Below, piece by piece: positions 9,317 to 18,492 of a DNA stretch of 64,000 nucleotides. The position numbers and the translations under genes were made by a program. The DNA comes from Candidatus Eiseniibacteriota bacterium (GTDB lineage: Bacteria > Eisenbacteria > RBG-16-71-46 > CAZAMP01). Below the pieces are notes generated by a model. That model worked only from the letters and a program-made list of their open reading frames with translations, was not told the origin of the DNA and did not search any database. The first letter of the stretch is position 1, and the number at the start of each line of letters is the position of its first letter. The stretch is from assembly GCA_965224245.1 (NCBI GenBank), contig OZ245046.1, forward strand, positions 4,736,001-4,800,000. Direction: 5' to 3'.

Positions 9317-10746
9317 TGGGGGGCTTCGATCCCCAGACCTGGCAGTGGCTGATCGTCGGGGGCTACCTGGCGTTCATCTTCATCAAGGGCGTCCTGAAGG
9401 CCCGCGTGATCGACGAGGCCGACGACTTCCTCGTCGCCCGGCGCAACGTGCCCTGGCCGCTCCTGTTCGCCACGATGGGCGCCACGGTCATCGGCGGCGG
9501 CTACTCCATCGGCGCGGTCGGTCGCACGTTCGAGTGGGGCATCCTGATGGTCCTGGTCTCGATGGCCGGGTATCTGCACTTTCTGTTCTCGGGTCTCTTC
9601 GTCGCGCCCAAGTTCCGCGACGCGAAGCTCTACACCGTCGCGGGCTACTTCGGTCATCGCTTCGGAGAGGGTCCGCGCTTCGTCGTGCTCGTGGTGTCGG
9701 TGTTGTTCTCGGTGTTCATCGTGGCCGCTCAGATGGCCGCGTTCGGGTCGGTGCTGTCCACGCTGCTGCCCGAGTTCGCCGACAACCAGGCGGTGCTCCG
9801 CTGGGCGATCATCATCGGCGGGCTGCTGGTGGTCGTCTACAGCACCGCGGGCGGCCTGCTGGCGGTCATCTACACCGACGTCTACCAGTTCGTGATCCTG
9901 TTCCTCGGCTTCGCGCTGACCGCGGTGCTCTGCCTCCCCGAGATCTCCGACAGCTGGGGGCGCGTGCGGAGCACGATCCCCGACGATTTCTTCGCCCCGG
10001 ACGGCGGCAAGGGCGCCATCTTCCTGATCACGACGTTCCTGGCGTTCCTGTTCGGCGAGACGTTCGCACCCGGATACGCCACGCGATACTGCGTGGGCCG
10101 CTCCATCCGCGACACGAAGCTCGGCATCGCCGGCGTGGGGGCGTTTCTGACCGTCACGTTCCCGGTGATCATCTTCGTGGTCGCCCTCTACGCCCGCGTC
10201 TTCCATCCGGACATCGAGTCCCAGCAGTCGCTCCCCGTGGTCGTGCAGCAGCTCAACAATCCGATCGTGGGGGCGATCCTGGTGGCGGCGCTCCTGAGCG
10301 CGGTCATGTCGTCGGCGGACTCGGCGCTGAACTCGGCCACCGCCATCTTCGTGAAGGACCTCTTCGAGCATCAGCTGAAGCTGCGAGACACCGGCGACGG
10401 GCGCCTTCTCCGGTGGGCTCGCTACTGCTCGGCGGCGCTCGGAATAGTGGCCACGGCGATCGCCGTGGTGCAGCCGAACATCATCGATCTGCTCCTGTTC
10501 ACGTATCACGTGTGGGCGCCGGCAATCATCGTGCCCGTGGTGGTGGGGGTCTTCACCGAGGACCGCTCACCGGGGATGATCCGGACGATCCTGTGGACGA
10601 TGCTGGTGGCGATCACGGCCACGTTCGTCTACCGGACCACGCCGGCCGCCGAGAGCTTCGATCCGGCGGTGTTCGGCGTGGCGGTCTCGCTGGCGGCGTA
10701 CGTGGTGCTGCGACCGATCTTCCGCATGAGGACGCGGACCGTCTAG
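9316..10746 (+). CDS. Sodium:solute symporter (PutP/PanF-like)
   Basis: Many TM segments, YSTAGGLLAVIYTDVYQ, AVMSSADSALNS. TAGTG overlap with the racemase stop. Confidence 0.9.
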   Translation: MGGFDPQTWQWLIVGGYLAFIFIKGVLKARVIDEADDFLVARRNVPWPLLFATMGATVIGGGYSIGAVGRTFEWGILMVLVSMAGYLHFLFSGLFVAPKFRDAKLYTVAGYFGHRFGEGPRFVVLVVSVLFSVFIVAAQMAAFGSVLSTLLPEFADNQAVLRWAIIIGGLLVVVYSTAGGLLAVIYTDVYQFVILFLGFALTAVLCLPEISDSWGRVRSTIPDDFFAPDGGKGAIFLITTFLAFLFGETFAPGYATRYCVGRSIRDTKLGIAGVGAFLTVTFPVIIFVVALYARVFHPDIESQQSLPVVVQQLNNPIVGAILVAALLSAVMSSADSALNSATAIFVKDLFEHQLKLRDTGDGRLLRWARYCSAALGIVATAIAVVQPNIIDLLLFTYHVWAPAIIVPVVVGVFTEDRSPGMIRTILWTMLVAITATFVYRTTPAAESFDPAVFGVAVSLAAYVVLRPIFRMRTRTV

Positions 10747-10764
10747 CCGCCGCTCACCGATCAC

Positions 10765-11193
10765 TCATCCGTTCTGCGCCTTCTCCCGCCGCTTGACGTG
10801 CGCCACCGACTCCTTCACCAGACGCCGGAGCACCTTCTCGTCCACGTCCTCCAGGCGATTGATGTAGAGGCACGACTTGCCCGTCTTGTGCTTCCCGAGC
10901 TTCGCCAGGAGGTCCTCGTAGCGTGTGAAGCCCGACATGATGTACAGCGTGAGGCTCGTCTTGCGCGGCGAGAACCCGGTGAGCATCCAGTCTCCCTCGC
11001 GACCGCTCTCGTACCGGTAGTGATACGAGCCGAATCCGACGATGCTGTCCCCCCACATCTCGGCCTTCTCGCCGGTCACCTCTTCCATCAGCGCCAGGAC
11101 CTTCATCGCGTCCTCGCGACGGCGTGGGTCCTCCACGCGCTTCAGGAACTGCGCGACGCTCTTGCGATTCCGCGCGGTCTTGAGATCTGCCAT
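10765..11193 (-). CDS. DUF1801 (YdhG-like) protein
   Basis: MWGDSIVGFGSYHYRYESGREGDW...GFSPRK...GKHKTGKSCLYI is the typical family pattern. Confidence 0.85.
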   Translation of the reverse strand: MADLKTARNRKSVAQFLKRVEDPRRREDAMKVLALMEEVTGEKAEMWGDSIVGFGSYHYRYESGREGDWMLTGFSPRKTSLTLYIMSGFTRYEDLLAKLGKHKTGKSCLYINRLEDVDEKVLRRLVKESVAHVKRREKAQNG

Positions 11194-11266
11194 CGAGGAT
11201 CCTCCGGGAATCGGGGGTGGACGTCGGTTGCCGGACACGTGACCACGATCGCCGCCGTCTCGACGC

Positions 11267-11620
11267 TCATCTGTCAGACCAGACCGCCAGCTCGTTGCCG
11301 TTCGGATCGGCGAAGTGGAATCGCCGCCCGCCGGGAAACGAGAAGATGTCGGTGACGATGCGGCCGCCAGCGCCGACGACGGTCTCCCTGGTTCCCTCGA
11401 GATCCTCGGCGTACAGGATCACGAGAGCGCCGCCTGCCGCACGGCTCGAGGAGAGCGTGGAGTGGTAGAAGCCGCCGTCGAGCTTGCCGTCGGTGAAGGC
11501 GCGGTACTCCGGTCCGTAGTCGGTGAACGACCAGCCGAAGGCTTTCTCGTAGAACGCCTGGGTCGCGTCGAAGTCGGCGGCCGGAAACTCGACGTAGTCG
11601 ATCTTCTGATCCGTGGGCAT
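11267..11620 (-). CDS. VOC/glyoxalase family protein
   Basis: IDYVEFPA...FYEKAFGWSFTDYG...FSFPGGRRFHFADPNGNELAVWS. ATG 11620 follows GAGGAG. Confidence 0.88.
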   Translation of the reverse strand: MPTDQKIDYVEFPAADFDATQAFYEKAFGWSFTDYGPEYRAFTDGKLDGGFYHSTLSSSRAAGGALVILYAEDLEGTRETVVGAGGRIVTDIFSFPGGRRFHFADPNGNELAVWSDR

Positions 11621-11919
11621 CGCGGGATCTCCTCGGGGAGGGTGTTCGAAGCGTCGACGGACCCTCGCGTCGGGGATCGCTGGGCCGCGCCCATGATACC
11701 CGGCTCCGCTCCGACCGGCACCCCCTGGATCGACCGCGACCGCGAGCCCCTGTAACGAACCGCCTGCCGGTCGATTACGCCAACCGGGGGTCGATCCGCG
11801 CCCGCGCGGGTGATGGGAGCGGCGCCTCGCGCACCGAAGCAACGTGGGGCTCGCGACTTCGAAGTGGGCTAAGATGACACGACGGCCGGACACACGTTTC
11901 GACACGAGGAGTCGCTTCA

Positions 11920-12315
11920 ATGGACCGTCGAGAGTTTCTCGCGAGGGCCTCCGTGGCCGCGACCTGGGCCGGCATCACCATCATCGTGTCCGGATGCTCC
12001 GACGACGACGAGCCCACCGCGCCGGAGGACACGGGATCGACCGACGTCATCGGCGTCGTCTCGGGCGGAGGACACACCCACTCGGGCGCACGGGTCACAG
12101 CGGCGCAGCTCATGGCGGGCGACGCGATCCGGCTCACGCTCACCGGCAGCGGGCACACCCACACCGTCGATCTCGACGCCGATCAGGTCATGCGGATCGC
12201 CGACGGCCTCCGGGTCACGCAGACCTCGAGCTCGGACGCCGGTCACACGCACTCGGTGGCGTTCAACTCGACGGCCGATCTACCGAGCCCGCCCCGGCCG
12301 GGCGTCGCGCCCTAG
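11920..12315 (+). CDS. Tat-exported lipoprotein with three GHTH motifs (putative metal-binding)
   Basis: MDRREFL twin-arginine motif, hydrophobic stretch, VSGC lipobox, GAGGAG RBS. Confidence 0.75.
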   Translation: MDRREFLARASVAATWAGITIIVSGCSDDDEPTAPEDTGSTDVIGVVSGGGHTHSGARVTAAQLMAGDAIRLTLTGSGHTHTVDLDADQVMRIADGLRVTQTSSSDAGHTHSVAFNSTADLPSPPRPGVAP

Positions 12316-12339
12316 CCACACACGCCACGGGCCGCGGGA

Positions 12340-13350
12340 TCACCGCTCCTCGCGCGCCGGCCGATCGACGAAGGAGATCGCGCGGGTGCCGCTCGCGAAG
12401 TCGTCCATTGACAGCTTCCAGCCCTCGCCGGGCCAGAGATACTCGACGGCCAGACGAGCCGGGTCGTAGACGGCGGTGTAGAGTGTTCCGAACCCGCGCG
12501 AGTAGCTCGTGTTGTAGAGCGGCGGCTCCAGGAACGCGTCGACCAGTCGTGCGCGGTCAATGCCCGGATTCTCGACCAGGCTCGCCAGCCTCGACTCCCG
12601 CGCCAGCGTGGCCGTCGCGGCGGCGTGGCGCGGCCACACGATGCGCTCCTGATGGTTCGTCGAGATGGCCGAGCGCGTCAGGCGCGGGGTCGCGTCCGGT
12701 CCGACGAACGCGGTCACGTGATCGCCGTGTCGATCCAGCACGAGCACGTTGTACGCCATGTGGAACGGCACGCGCATCAGAGCACGCTCGGCGTCGGCCG
12801 TCGTCTCGCACACCTCGAGGAGATACCGGAGGACGATGGGAGCCCCGAAGCCGACACCGGTTCCCTCCTTGCCCCCGAAGGCGAGCGACACCGCCAGGCC
12901 GGCGTCGTTGATTCCGTCGAGGACCCCGACCAGTCCGTCGGTCGACGCGATCACCGAGCGCGCCGACCAGCGACTCTTCAGGAAGACGCCCTCGAAGAGC
13001 TTCGGGCTGAAGTCGTAGTTGCGCACGAGAAAGGCCCGCTCTCGGCGACACGCCGCCTGCGAGCACGACGACAGGTACGGTGGCGGGCAGTACAGGCTCA
13101 GGAACCGGGCCTCGAGGTCGCCGCCTCCGACGAGCTCGACGAGTCGCTCCCAGATGGGCACGAGCTCGGGCATGAAGCGCCGGAGCGCCGACTCGCACGC
13201 CAGGTAGCTCGGCCGCGTGGCGTCCCCGCGAGACAGATACCAGCGGCGGTAGTCGGGCCAGAGCCCGGTGAACAGTGATCGCCACGCGTCTCCCGGGGAC
13301 GCCTCCTCCACGGCCCGGAACACGAACTCGGTGGTCTCGGGATCGCTCAC
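12340..13350 (-). CDS. Peptidase C45 / acyl-CoA:6-APA acyltransferase-like Ntn hydrolase
   Basis: YLSS-CSQ nucleophile site, RNYDF, DGINDAGLAVSL, STNHQ, GFGTLYTAVY. GTG 13350 overlaps the upstream TGA. Confidence 0.82.
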   Translation of the reverse strand: MSDPETTEFVFRAVEEASPGDAWRSLFTGLWPDYRRWYLSRGDATRPSYLACESALRRFMPELVPIWERLVELVGGGDLEARFLSLYCPPPYLSSCSQAACRRERAFLVRNYDFSPKLFEGVFLKSRWSARSVIASTDGLVGVLDGINDAGLAVSLAFGGKEGTGVGFGAPIVLRYLLEVCETTADAERALMRVPFHMAYNVLVLDRHGDHVTAFVGPDATPRLTRSAISTNHQERIVWPRHAAATATLARESRLASLVENPGIDRARLVDAFLEPPLYNTSYSRGFGTLYTAVYDPARLAVEYLWPGEGWKLSMDDFASGTRAISFVDRPAREER

Positions 13351-14837
13351 AGGATCTTGAACGCTCCCGCCTCGAATGCCGCCGGCGACTGCTCGCGCTC
13401 GGGCACCGTGAGCGGGCGTCCCTCGTAGCGCCTGGAGAGCCCGCGAACGAAGGCGCGCGCGCGCTCGTTCAGCTGGAAGTCCTCGGTCATCAGACGTCCG
13501 CGCGTGACGAGGATGCCCAGGTCCGCGCCCTCGTACCGGTAGTCGCCGGGACCGGAGATCCGCAGCCAGAAGCCCTCGTTCTCGGTCTCGACGGCCCGGC
13601 GGTGATAGTCGAAGCGCGCGTACTCGAGCTCCCCGTTCGGCTGGAGCCGCCAGATGCCCGATTCCGGCGCGGCGGTCACCTGATCGACGTCGTCGCGCAC
13701 GTGCTTGACCACGAGCTGGCTCCACTCGTCGATGTTGTCCGGATCCGCCCACCGGCGGTTCAGGGCCTCGACGTCCAGCGAGAAGTCGACATCCGAGAAC
13801 TCGAGCAGATGAAACAGGAACAGCGGCGCGTCCGCGTGCGCGAAGGCCGCGTGGTTCGTGATCGTGCTGGCGCCGGTGATGCGCGGGTTCAGCTCGCCGA
13901 GATACATCTCGCCGCTGTCCTCGTCCACCAGGAAGTCCAGCTCGAAGTATCCGCGATAGCCCTCGGCGCGAAGCTGCTCACCGAACGCGAACGTGTAGTC
14001 GACGGCCTTCTTCCTGAGCTCGGGCGTGAACGCGTCGGGGAAGATCTCGTTGCCGCACCAGCCGCCCTTGTACGGCGTGAGCTCACGGAACCCGACCAGC
14101 TCGGTCATCAGGGGTCCCACGATGGTGCCCGCCTTCGTCGTGCACGCCTCGATCGCCGAGCCCTTGCAGCGGATGCGCTTCATGATCTTCACCTCGGGCT
14201 CGGCGGCGATCTCCTCGGCATGCTTCTGGTAGTCGGCCTCGCTGGAGACGAAGAACGTCGTGTGTCCCGAATCGCCGAACGCGGTCTGGATCACCAGATC
14301 GGACCCGAGCGGCCCGGCCGCCTCGACGAGATCCTGCCAGCTCTCGACCTTGGCCAGCACGTTGGGGACACTGGGCACGCCCGCGCGGTCCCCGATGCGC
14401 ACGGTCTCGACCTTGTTGTCGGCTTTGCTGCGCAGCGCCGCCGGCGGGAACCACACGCTCAGTCCGAGGTCCCGACAGATCGACTCGGTCTCCTCGTCGA
14501 ACATCAGGAACACCGCCTTGCCGAGATCGGCTTGGGACAGCCCACGCTCGCGGGCTGCGGCCCGGCGCCTGACGAAGTCCACGACCTCCTTGTGCTGAAG
14601 GAGGTAGTTGACGATGTCCTCGATCGACTCGAACTCGCGGTGCGGCGCCTCGGACGGGGTGAAGGTGTTCGGGTGGCGCCCGTCGAAGCAATCGATGTAC
14701 GTGATGTGCCGGAAGTTCCGGACCCACTCGTCGATGCCGAGCAGGTTGAAGTTCGTCGCGCTCACGAAGTAGATCGGGGTCTCGTTGCGGTGAAAGAACC
14801 GGCGAATGTCGGAGATGCCGTCCAGCTTCTTCTTCAT
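13347..14837 (-). CDS. ATP-grasp protein (uncharacterised 'biotin carboxylase-like' family)
   Basis: DNKVETVR, IQTAFGDSGHTTFF, KIMKRI, YRGYFELDFL, GELNPRITG. ATGA overlap at 14834-14837. Confidence 0.82.
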   Translation of the reverse strand: MKKKLDGISDIRRFFHRNETPIYFVSATNFNLLGIDEWVRNFRHITYIDCFDGRHPNTFTPSEAPHREFESIEDIVNYLLQHKEVVDFVRRRAAARERGLSQADLGKAVFLMFDEETESICRDLGLSVWFPPAALRSKADNKVETVRIGDRAGVPSVPNVLAKVESWQDLVEAAGPLGSDLVIQTAFGDSGHTTFFVSSEADYQKHAEEIAAEPEVKIMKRIRCKGSAIEACTTKAGTIVGPLMTELVGFRELTPYKGGWCGNEIFPDAFTPELRKKAVDYTFAFGEQLRAEGYRGYFELDFLVDEDSGEMYLGELNPRITGASTITNHAAFAHADAPLFLFHLLEFSDVDFSLDVEALNRRWADPDNIDEWSQLVVKHVRDDVDQVTAAPESGIWRLQPNGELEYARFDYHRRAVETENEGFWLRISGPGDYRYEGADLGILVTRGRLMTEDFQLNERARAFVRGLSRRYEGRPLTVPEREQSPAAFEAGAFKIL

Positions 14838-17611
14838 GGCTCGTCCTTTGGGCTGCGGGCGAGAGCCGCCTCGGTGAACACGCGGATGCCGAGCTCGGGG
14901 CGGTACCCGTGCACCTCCTTGGTGTCGAGGGCGCGCAGGAAGGCGAGTATGTCCGCGCTCACGATCTGACCCGGAACGAGCACCGGAAATCCCGGCGGAT
15001 ACGGCGTGAGGTAGCTCGCGGCCACGAGCTCGCGGCCACCTTGCATGATCTCGTCGATCTCGGGCTCGTCGATGCGCAGGTACTCGCAGCAGTCCTCGTC
15101 GGTGCCCAGGAAGTACGCCCGGCGGACGTCTCCCTCGGGCGTGTCCGAGGAGTCGCCGGCTCTGAACGCCGCGTGGAACGCGCTGAAATCCGGCAACGGC
15201 GGCAGCTCGTCCACGAGCCGGGCCGTCCTGCGTTCGCGCGCGCGCCGCTCGTACGGGCTCTCGTCCTCCGAGCGGTCCTCGAAGTCCTTGGCCAGCCGCA
15301 CCAGGGCGTTGATCAGGTGGGCGACCGAGCTCCGCGTGGTGCCGATGTTCGTCATGAACAGGCACGTGTTCCGCGTCGTCTTGTTGACTTGAATGCCGTG
15401 ACGCCCCATCAGGAACGTCTTCTTGAACGTGTCCCCGTCCACGCCGGTGTCTCCGATGTAGAGCGTCAGACGGGTGGGGTCCAGCACGAACTCGTCCTGC
15501 TCCCACGAGTCGAGCATCGGACACCAGCCTCGGTCGAGATCGTAGAAGGCCTCGACCCCCGACGGCCGGTACTCGGGCTTCACCAGATCGCGGATCGTCA
15601 GGAACCGGAACCACCTGCGCAGCAGCGGATGCGAGGCCACCGTCTCGCGAAGCGTCATCGCCAGCTCGATCTGCTTGCCGACCATCTCGTAGCCTTCCAG
15701 CTCGGCCTGTCGCCGACCGAGGTCGAGGCTGGCCAGCACCTGGTAGTTCGGCGACGTGGACGTGTGCGTCATGTAGGCGTCGCGGAACGCACCGTCGATG
15801 CGCTGGAAGTCCTGGTCGTAGACGTGGATCATCGATCCCTGGCGAAGCGAGGTCAGCGTCTTGTGTGTCGACTGGGTGGCGAAGACGCGGACGCGCACGC
15901 GGGACGGGTCGGGCATCGCGTCGGGATCACTGGCCGTCGCCCGGGCCATCGCGTACTCCGGCGAACGGTATCGCTTCCGCAACAGGTGGGCCGCGTACAT
16001 GGCCGTCCGGCGCCGATGCGTGGGTGAGAACCGCGCAAAGGCGAACCAGGCCTCGTCCCACAGGAACGCCAGGTCCGGCTTGATGGCCAGGCAGGCCTCC
16101 ATGACGCGGGCAGGATGGTAGATGATGCCGTCGAAGGTGCAGTTGGTGAGAATCACCATCTTCACCCGGTCCAGCTTTCCGGCCGCCTCCAGGCGCCGCA
16201 GCATGCCGGTGACCTCGGACGTCGGAACGCCCCCGTACATCGAGAACTCGTGGAGCGGGTACGCCTCGAGGTAGATCACCTCGGCACCGGCCAGCGTCAG
16301 CGCGTAGTGATGCGACTTGTGGCAGTCGCGATCGACGAGCACGAGATCGCCCGGCCGCACCATGGCCTGCACGACGATCTTGTTCGCGGCGGTGGTCCCG
16401 TTGGTCACGAAGTACGACCGACGGGCGCCGAACGCCCGCGCCGCTCGCTCCTGGGCCTCCTTGATCGGGCCGTGCGGATCCAGGAGCGAATCGAGACCGC
16501 CGGACGTGGCGGAGGTCTCGGCGAGGAAGATGTTCTTCCCGTAGAACTGGATCATGTCCTGGATCCAGTTCGACCGCACGATCGACTTGCCGCGCGAGAT
16601 CGGCAGCGCGTGAAACACCCCGGTCGGTTGCTCGGCGTAACGGCGAAGCGCCTTGAAGAATGGGGTCCGGTTCCGCTCGCGGACGCCGCGGATGATGCTG
16701 AGGTGCAGCTCGAGGTAGTCCTCCTGCCGGTAGAAGACGCGGCGGAACGGCGAGTCCGTCTTGCCCGCGGTCACCTCGACCGACCCGTCGGTGACCAGAT
16801 ACAGGTCCAGCTCGGGTCGAAGCTCGTCGATCGTGGTGGCGAGGGCCTCGGCCCGGTCGATCGCCCGGTCACCCCCGAGCTTCGATCGATCGACGGCCCG
16901 TAGCCACCGGTTCAGCTCGTCCAGCTCGTTCCGGGACTCGAAGGGGAACCCGTAGCGCACCACCACCGACTGGATGTTGAAGTTGAAGAGCACGGCGATG
17001 ATGGCGTCCTCGAAGCTCGGGACCAGCACCACGTCGTAGATGAACGGGTCTTCCGGCCGGCGCATCGACCGGAGCCCCTGCCGCAGCCGCTCCTCGCCCG
17101 AGACGCTCTGCTGATCGACGACGAGAATCTCGAAGTAGGGCCGGCTGAACTCCTCGGGGGATCCCCACGAGTCGAGCGCGTCACGCGCCTCCTCGTCCTC
17201 GTCCCAGTCCTGGAGGTCGCCCAGGGGAATGGCGCGGCGGCGGTAGCTCTGGCTGGCCAGCGCGCGCACGATCCGCTCGACGGTGCGCGCCATCTCGGGA
17301 TACTCCTCGCGCTGGAACAGCCGCTCCAGCGTCGAGAAGCCCTCGCGGCCGGGAAACGCCCAGTAGGCCTCGATGGGCCGCAGCACCGAGAGCTTTCGCG
17401 TGACCTCCTCGCGCATCGCGTCGATCTCGTCGCCTCTCGACAGACGCAGGATGGCCGGCTGGAGCTCGTTCCACGTGTCCATGCGCAGCCGAGACGCGTG
17501 CAGGTGCGCGCTCAGCGACGGCACCGGAGCCGGGGAGCTGGAGGCCGATGGGTCGACGGACTCGCGCACGGCTCCCTCCACCCCGGAGCCGACGCGACGC
17601 GAGTCGCTCAT
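14834..17611 (-). CDS. Orn/Lys/Arg decarboxylase (fold-type I PLP, long form)
   Basis: YFVTNGTT, DRDCHKSHH, NCTFDG, WDEAWF, QSTHKTL (PLP Lys), TSTSPNY, TPYPPGFPVLVPG. Confidence 0.9.
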   Translation of the reverse strand: MSDSRRVGSGVEGAVRESVDPSASSSPAPVPSLSAHLHASRLRMDTWNELQPAILRLSRGDEIDAMREEVTRKLSVLRPIEAYWAFPGREGFSTLERLFQREEYPEMARTVERIVRALASQSYRRRAIPLGDLQDWDEDEEARDALDSWGSPEEFSRPYFEILVVDQQSVSGEERLRQGLRSMRRPEDPFIYDVVLVPSFEDAIIAVLFNFNIQSVVVRYGFPFESRNELDELNRWLRAVDRSKLGGDRAIDRAEALATTIDELRPELDLYLVTDGSVEVTAGKTDSPFRRVFYRQEDYLELHLSIIRGVRERNRTPFFKALRRYAEQPTGVFHALPISRGKSIVRSNWIQDMIQFYGKNIFLAETSATSGGLDSLLDPHGPIKEAQERAARAFGARRSYFVTNGTTAANKIVVQAMVRPGDLVLVDRDCHKSHHYALTLAGAEVIYLEAYPLHEFSMYGGVPTSEVTGMLRRLEAAGKLDRVKMVILTNCTFDGIIYHPARVMEACLAIKPDLAFLWDEAWFAFARFSPTHRRRTAMYAAHLLRKRYRSPEYAMARATASDPDAMPDPSRVRVRVFATQSTHKTLTSLRQGSMIHVYDQDFQRIDGAFRDAYMTHTSTSPNYQVLASLDLGRRQAELEGYEMVGKQIELAMTLRETVASHPLLRRWFRFLTIRDLVKPEYRPSGVEAFYDLDRGWCPMLDSWEQDEFVLDPTRLTLYIGDTGVDGDTFKKTFLMGRHGIQVNKTTRNTCLFMTNIGTTRSSVAHLINALVRLAKDFEDRSEDESPYERRARERRTARLVDELPPLPDFSAFHAAFRAGDSSDTPEGDVRRAYFLGTDEDCCEYLRIDEPEIDEIMQGGRELVAASYLTPYPPGFPVLVPGQIVSADILAFLRALDTKEVHGYRPELGIRVFTEAALARSPKDEP

Positions 17612-18492
17612 GTATCGCTCCCGGCCGTCGCGCCGCGACGAGCCCGGGACGGCGTGACCAGCGGGCCCAGGCTCTCCAGGTAGGCTGTCGCCTCCGGATC
17701 GTCCCGGTAGAGCGTGAAGTCGACATCTCGATCCCGGAAGCTCTTGAGCACCTGACCGAGGCCGAAGAGTCCCGATTCGCGATTCGTGCGGATCGTCTCG
17801 AAGTTGACCGTTACCGGGATGAACTCCTCGCCCGACCCTGCCACGTACGCCGCGGTGCCGGTCGGACGGACGACGATCGAGCGGCCGGTGCCGCCGGCGC
17901 CGATGCCGTTCACGTCGAAGAAGAAGCACTGGCTCGTGGCCGCGGATGCGCGCGCGATCGCCAGCTCGACGTCGCGGTCGATGGTGTCGGTCAGCGACGG
18001 GTGCAAGATCACCTCGGCGCCCCGCGCCGCGAGGGTGCGCGTGGTCTCGGGGAACCACATGTCGTAGCAGATCGACAGACCGAACCGGCCCACGTCGGGC
18101 ACGTCGAACGTCAGGAACTCGGTTCCCGCGGTGACGCCCGCCTCGTAAGGACGGAACGGGAACATCTTCCGGTAGCGTCCGACGACCTCGCCGTCGGGAT
18201 TGATCACCGAGGCCGTGTTGTACACGCGGTCACCGCTCTTCTCGAACATCGAGCCGGGGATGAGCCACAGCCGGTGCGCCGCCGCCATCGCGCGAAATCG
18301 CTCCTCGGCCGGGCCGGGCAGCGGCTGCGCATGCGCGGTGGAGGCGCCGAACGGCGCGAGCTCACTGAACACGACCATCTCGACCCATGGGAAGCGCACC
18401 ATCAGCGCGTCGAGCTTGGCCTGCATGTAGTCGATGTTGTCGTGACCGAAGCGCACGTGCATCTGGATGCACGCGACCGCAAAGTCCTTCAT
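17608..18492 (-). CDS. Carbon-nitrogen hydrolase (nitrilase superfamily)
   Basis: E-K-C triad in FSEL, YRKMFP and ICYDMWFPE. ATGA overlaps at both ends. Confidence 0.9.
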   Translation of the reverse strand: MKDFAVACIQMHVRFGHDNIDYMQAKLDALMVRFPWVEMVVFSELAPFGASTAHAQPLPGPAEERFRAMAAAHRLWLIPGSMFEKSGDRVYNTASVINPDGEVVGRYRKMFPFRPYEAGVTAGTEFLTFDVPDVGRFGLSICYDMWFPETTRTLAARGAEVILHPSLTDTIDRDVELAIARASAATSQCFFFDVNGIGAGGTGRSIVVRPTGTAAYVAGSGEEFIPVTVNFETIRTNRESGLFGLGQVLKSFRDRDVDFTLYRDDPEATAYLESLGPLVTPSRARRGATAGSDT

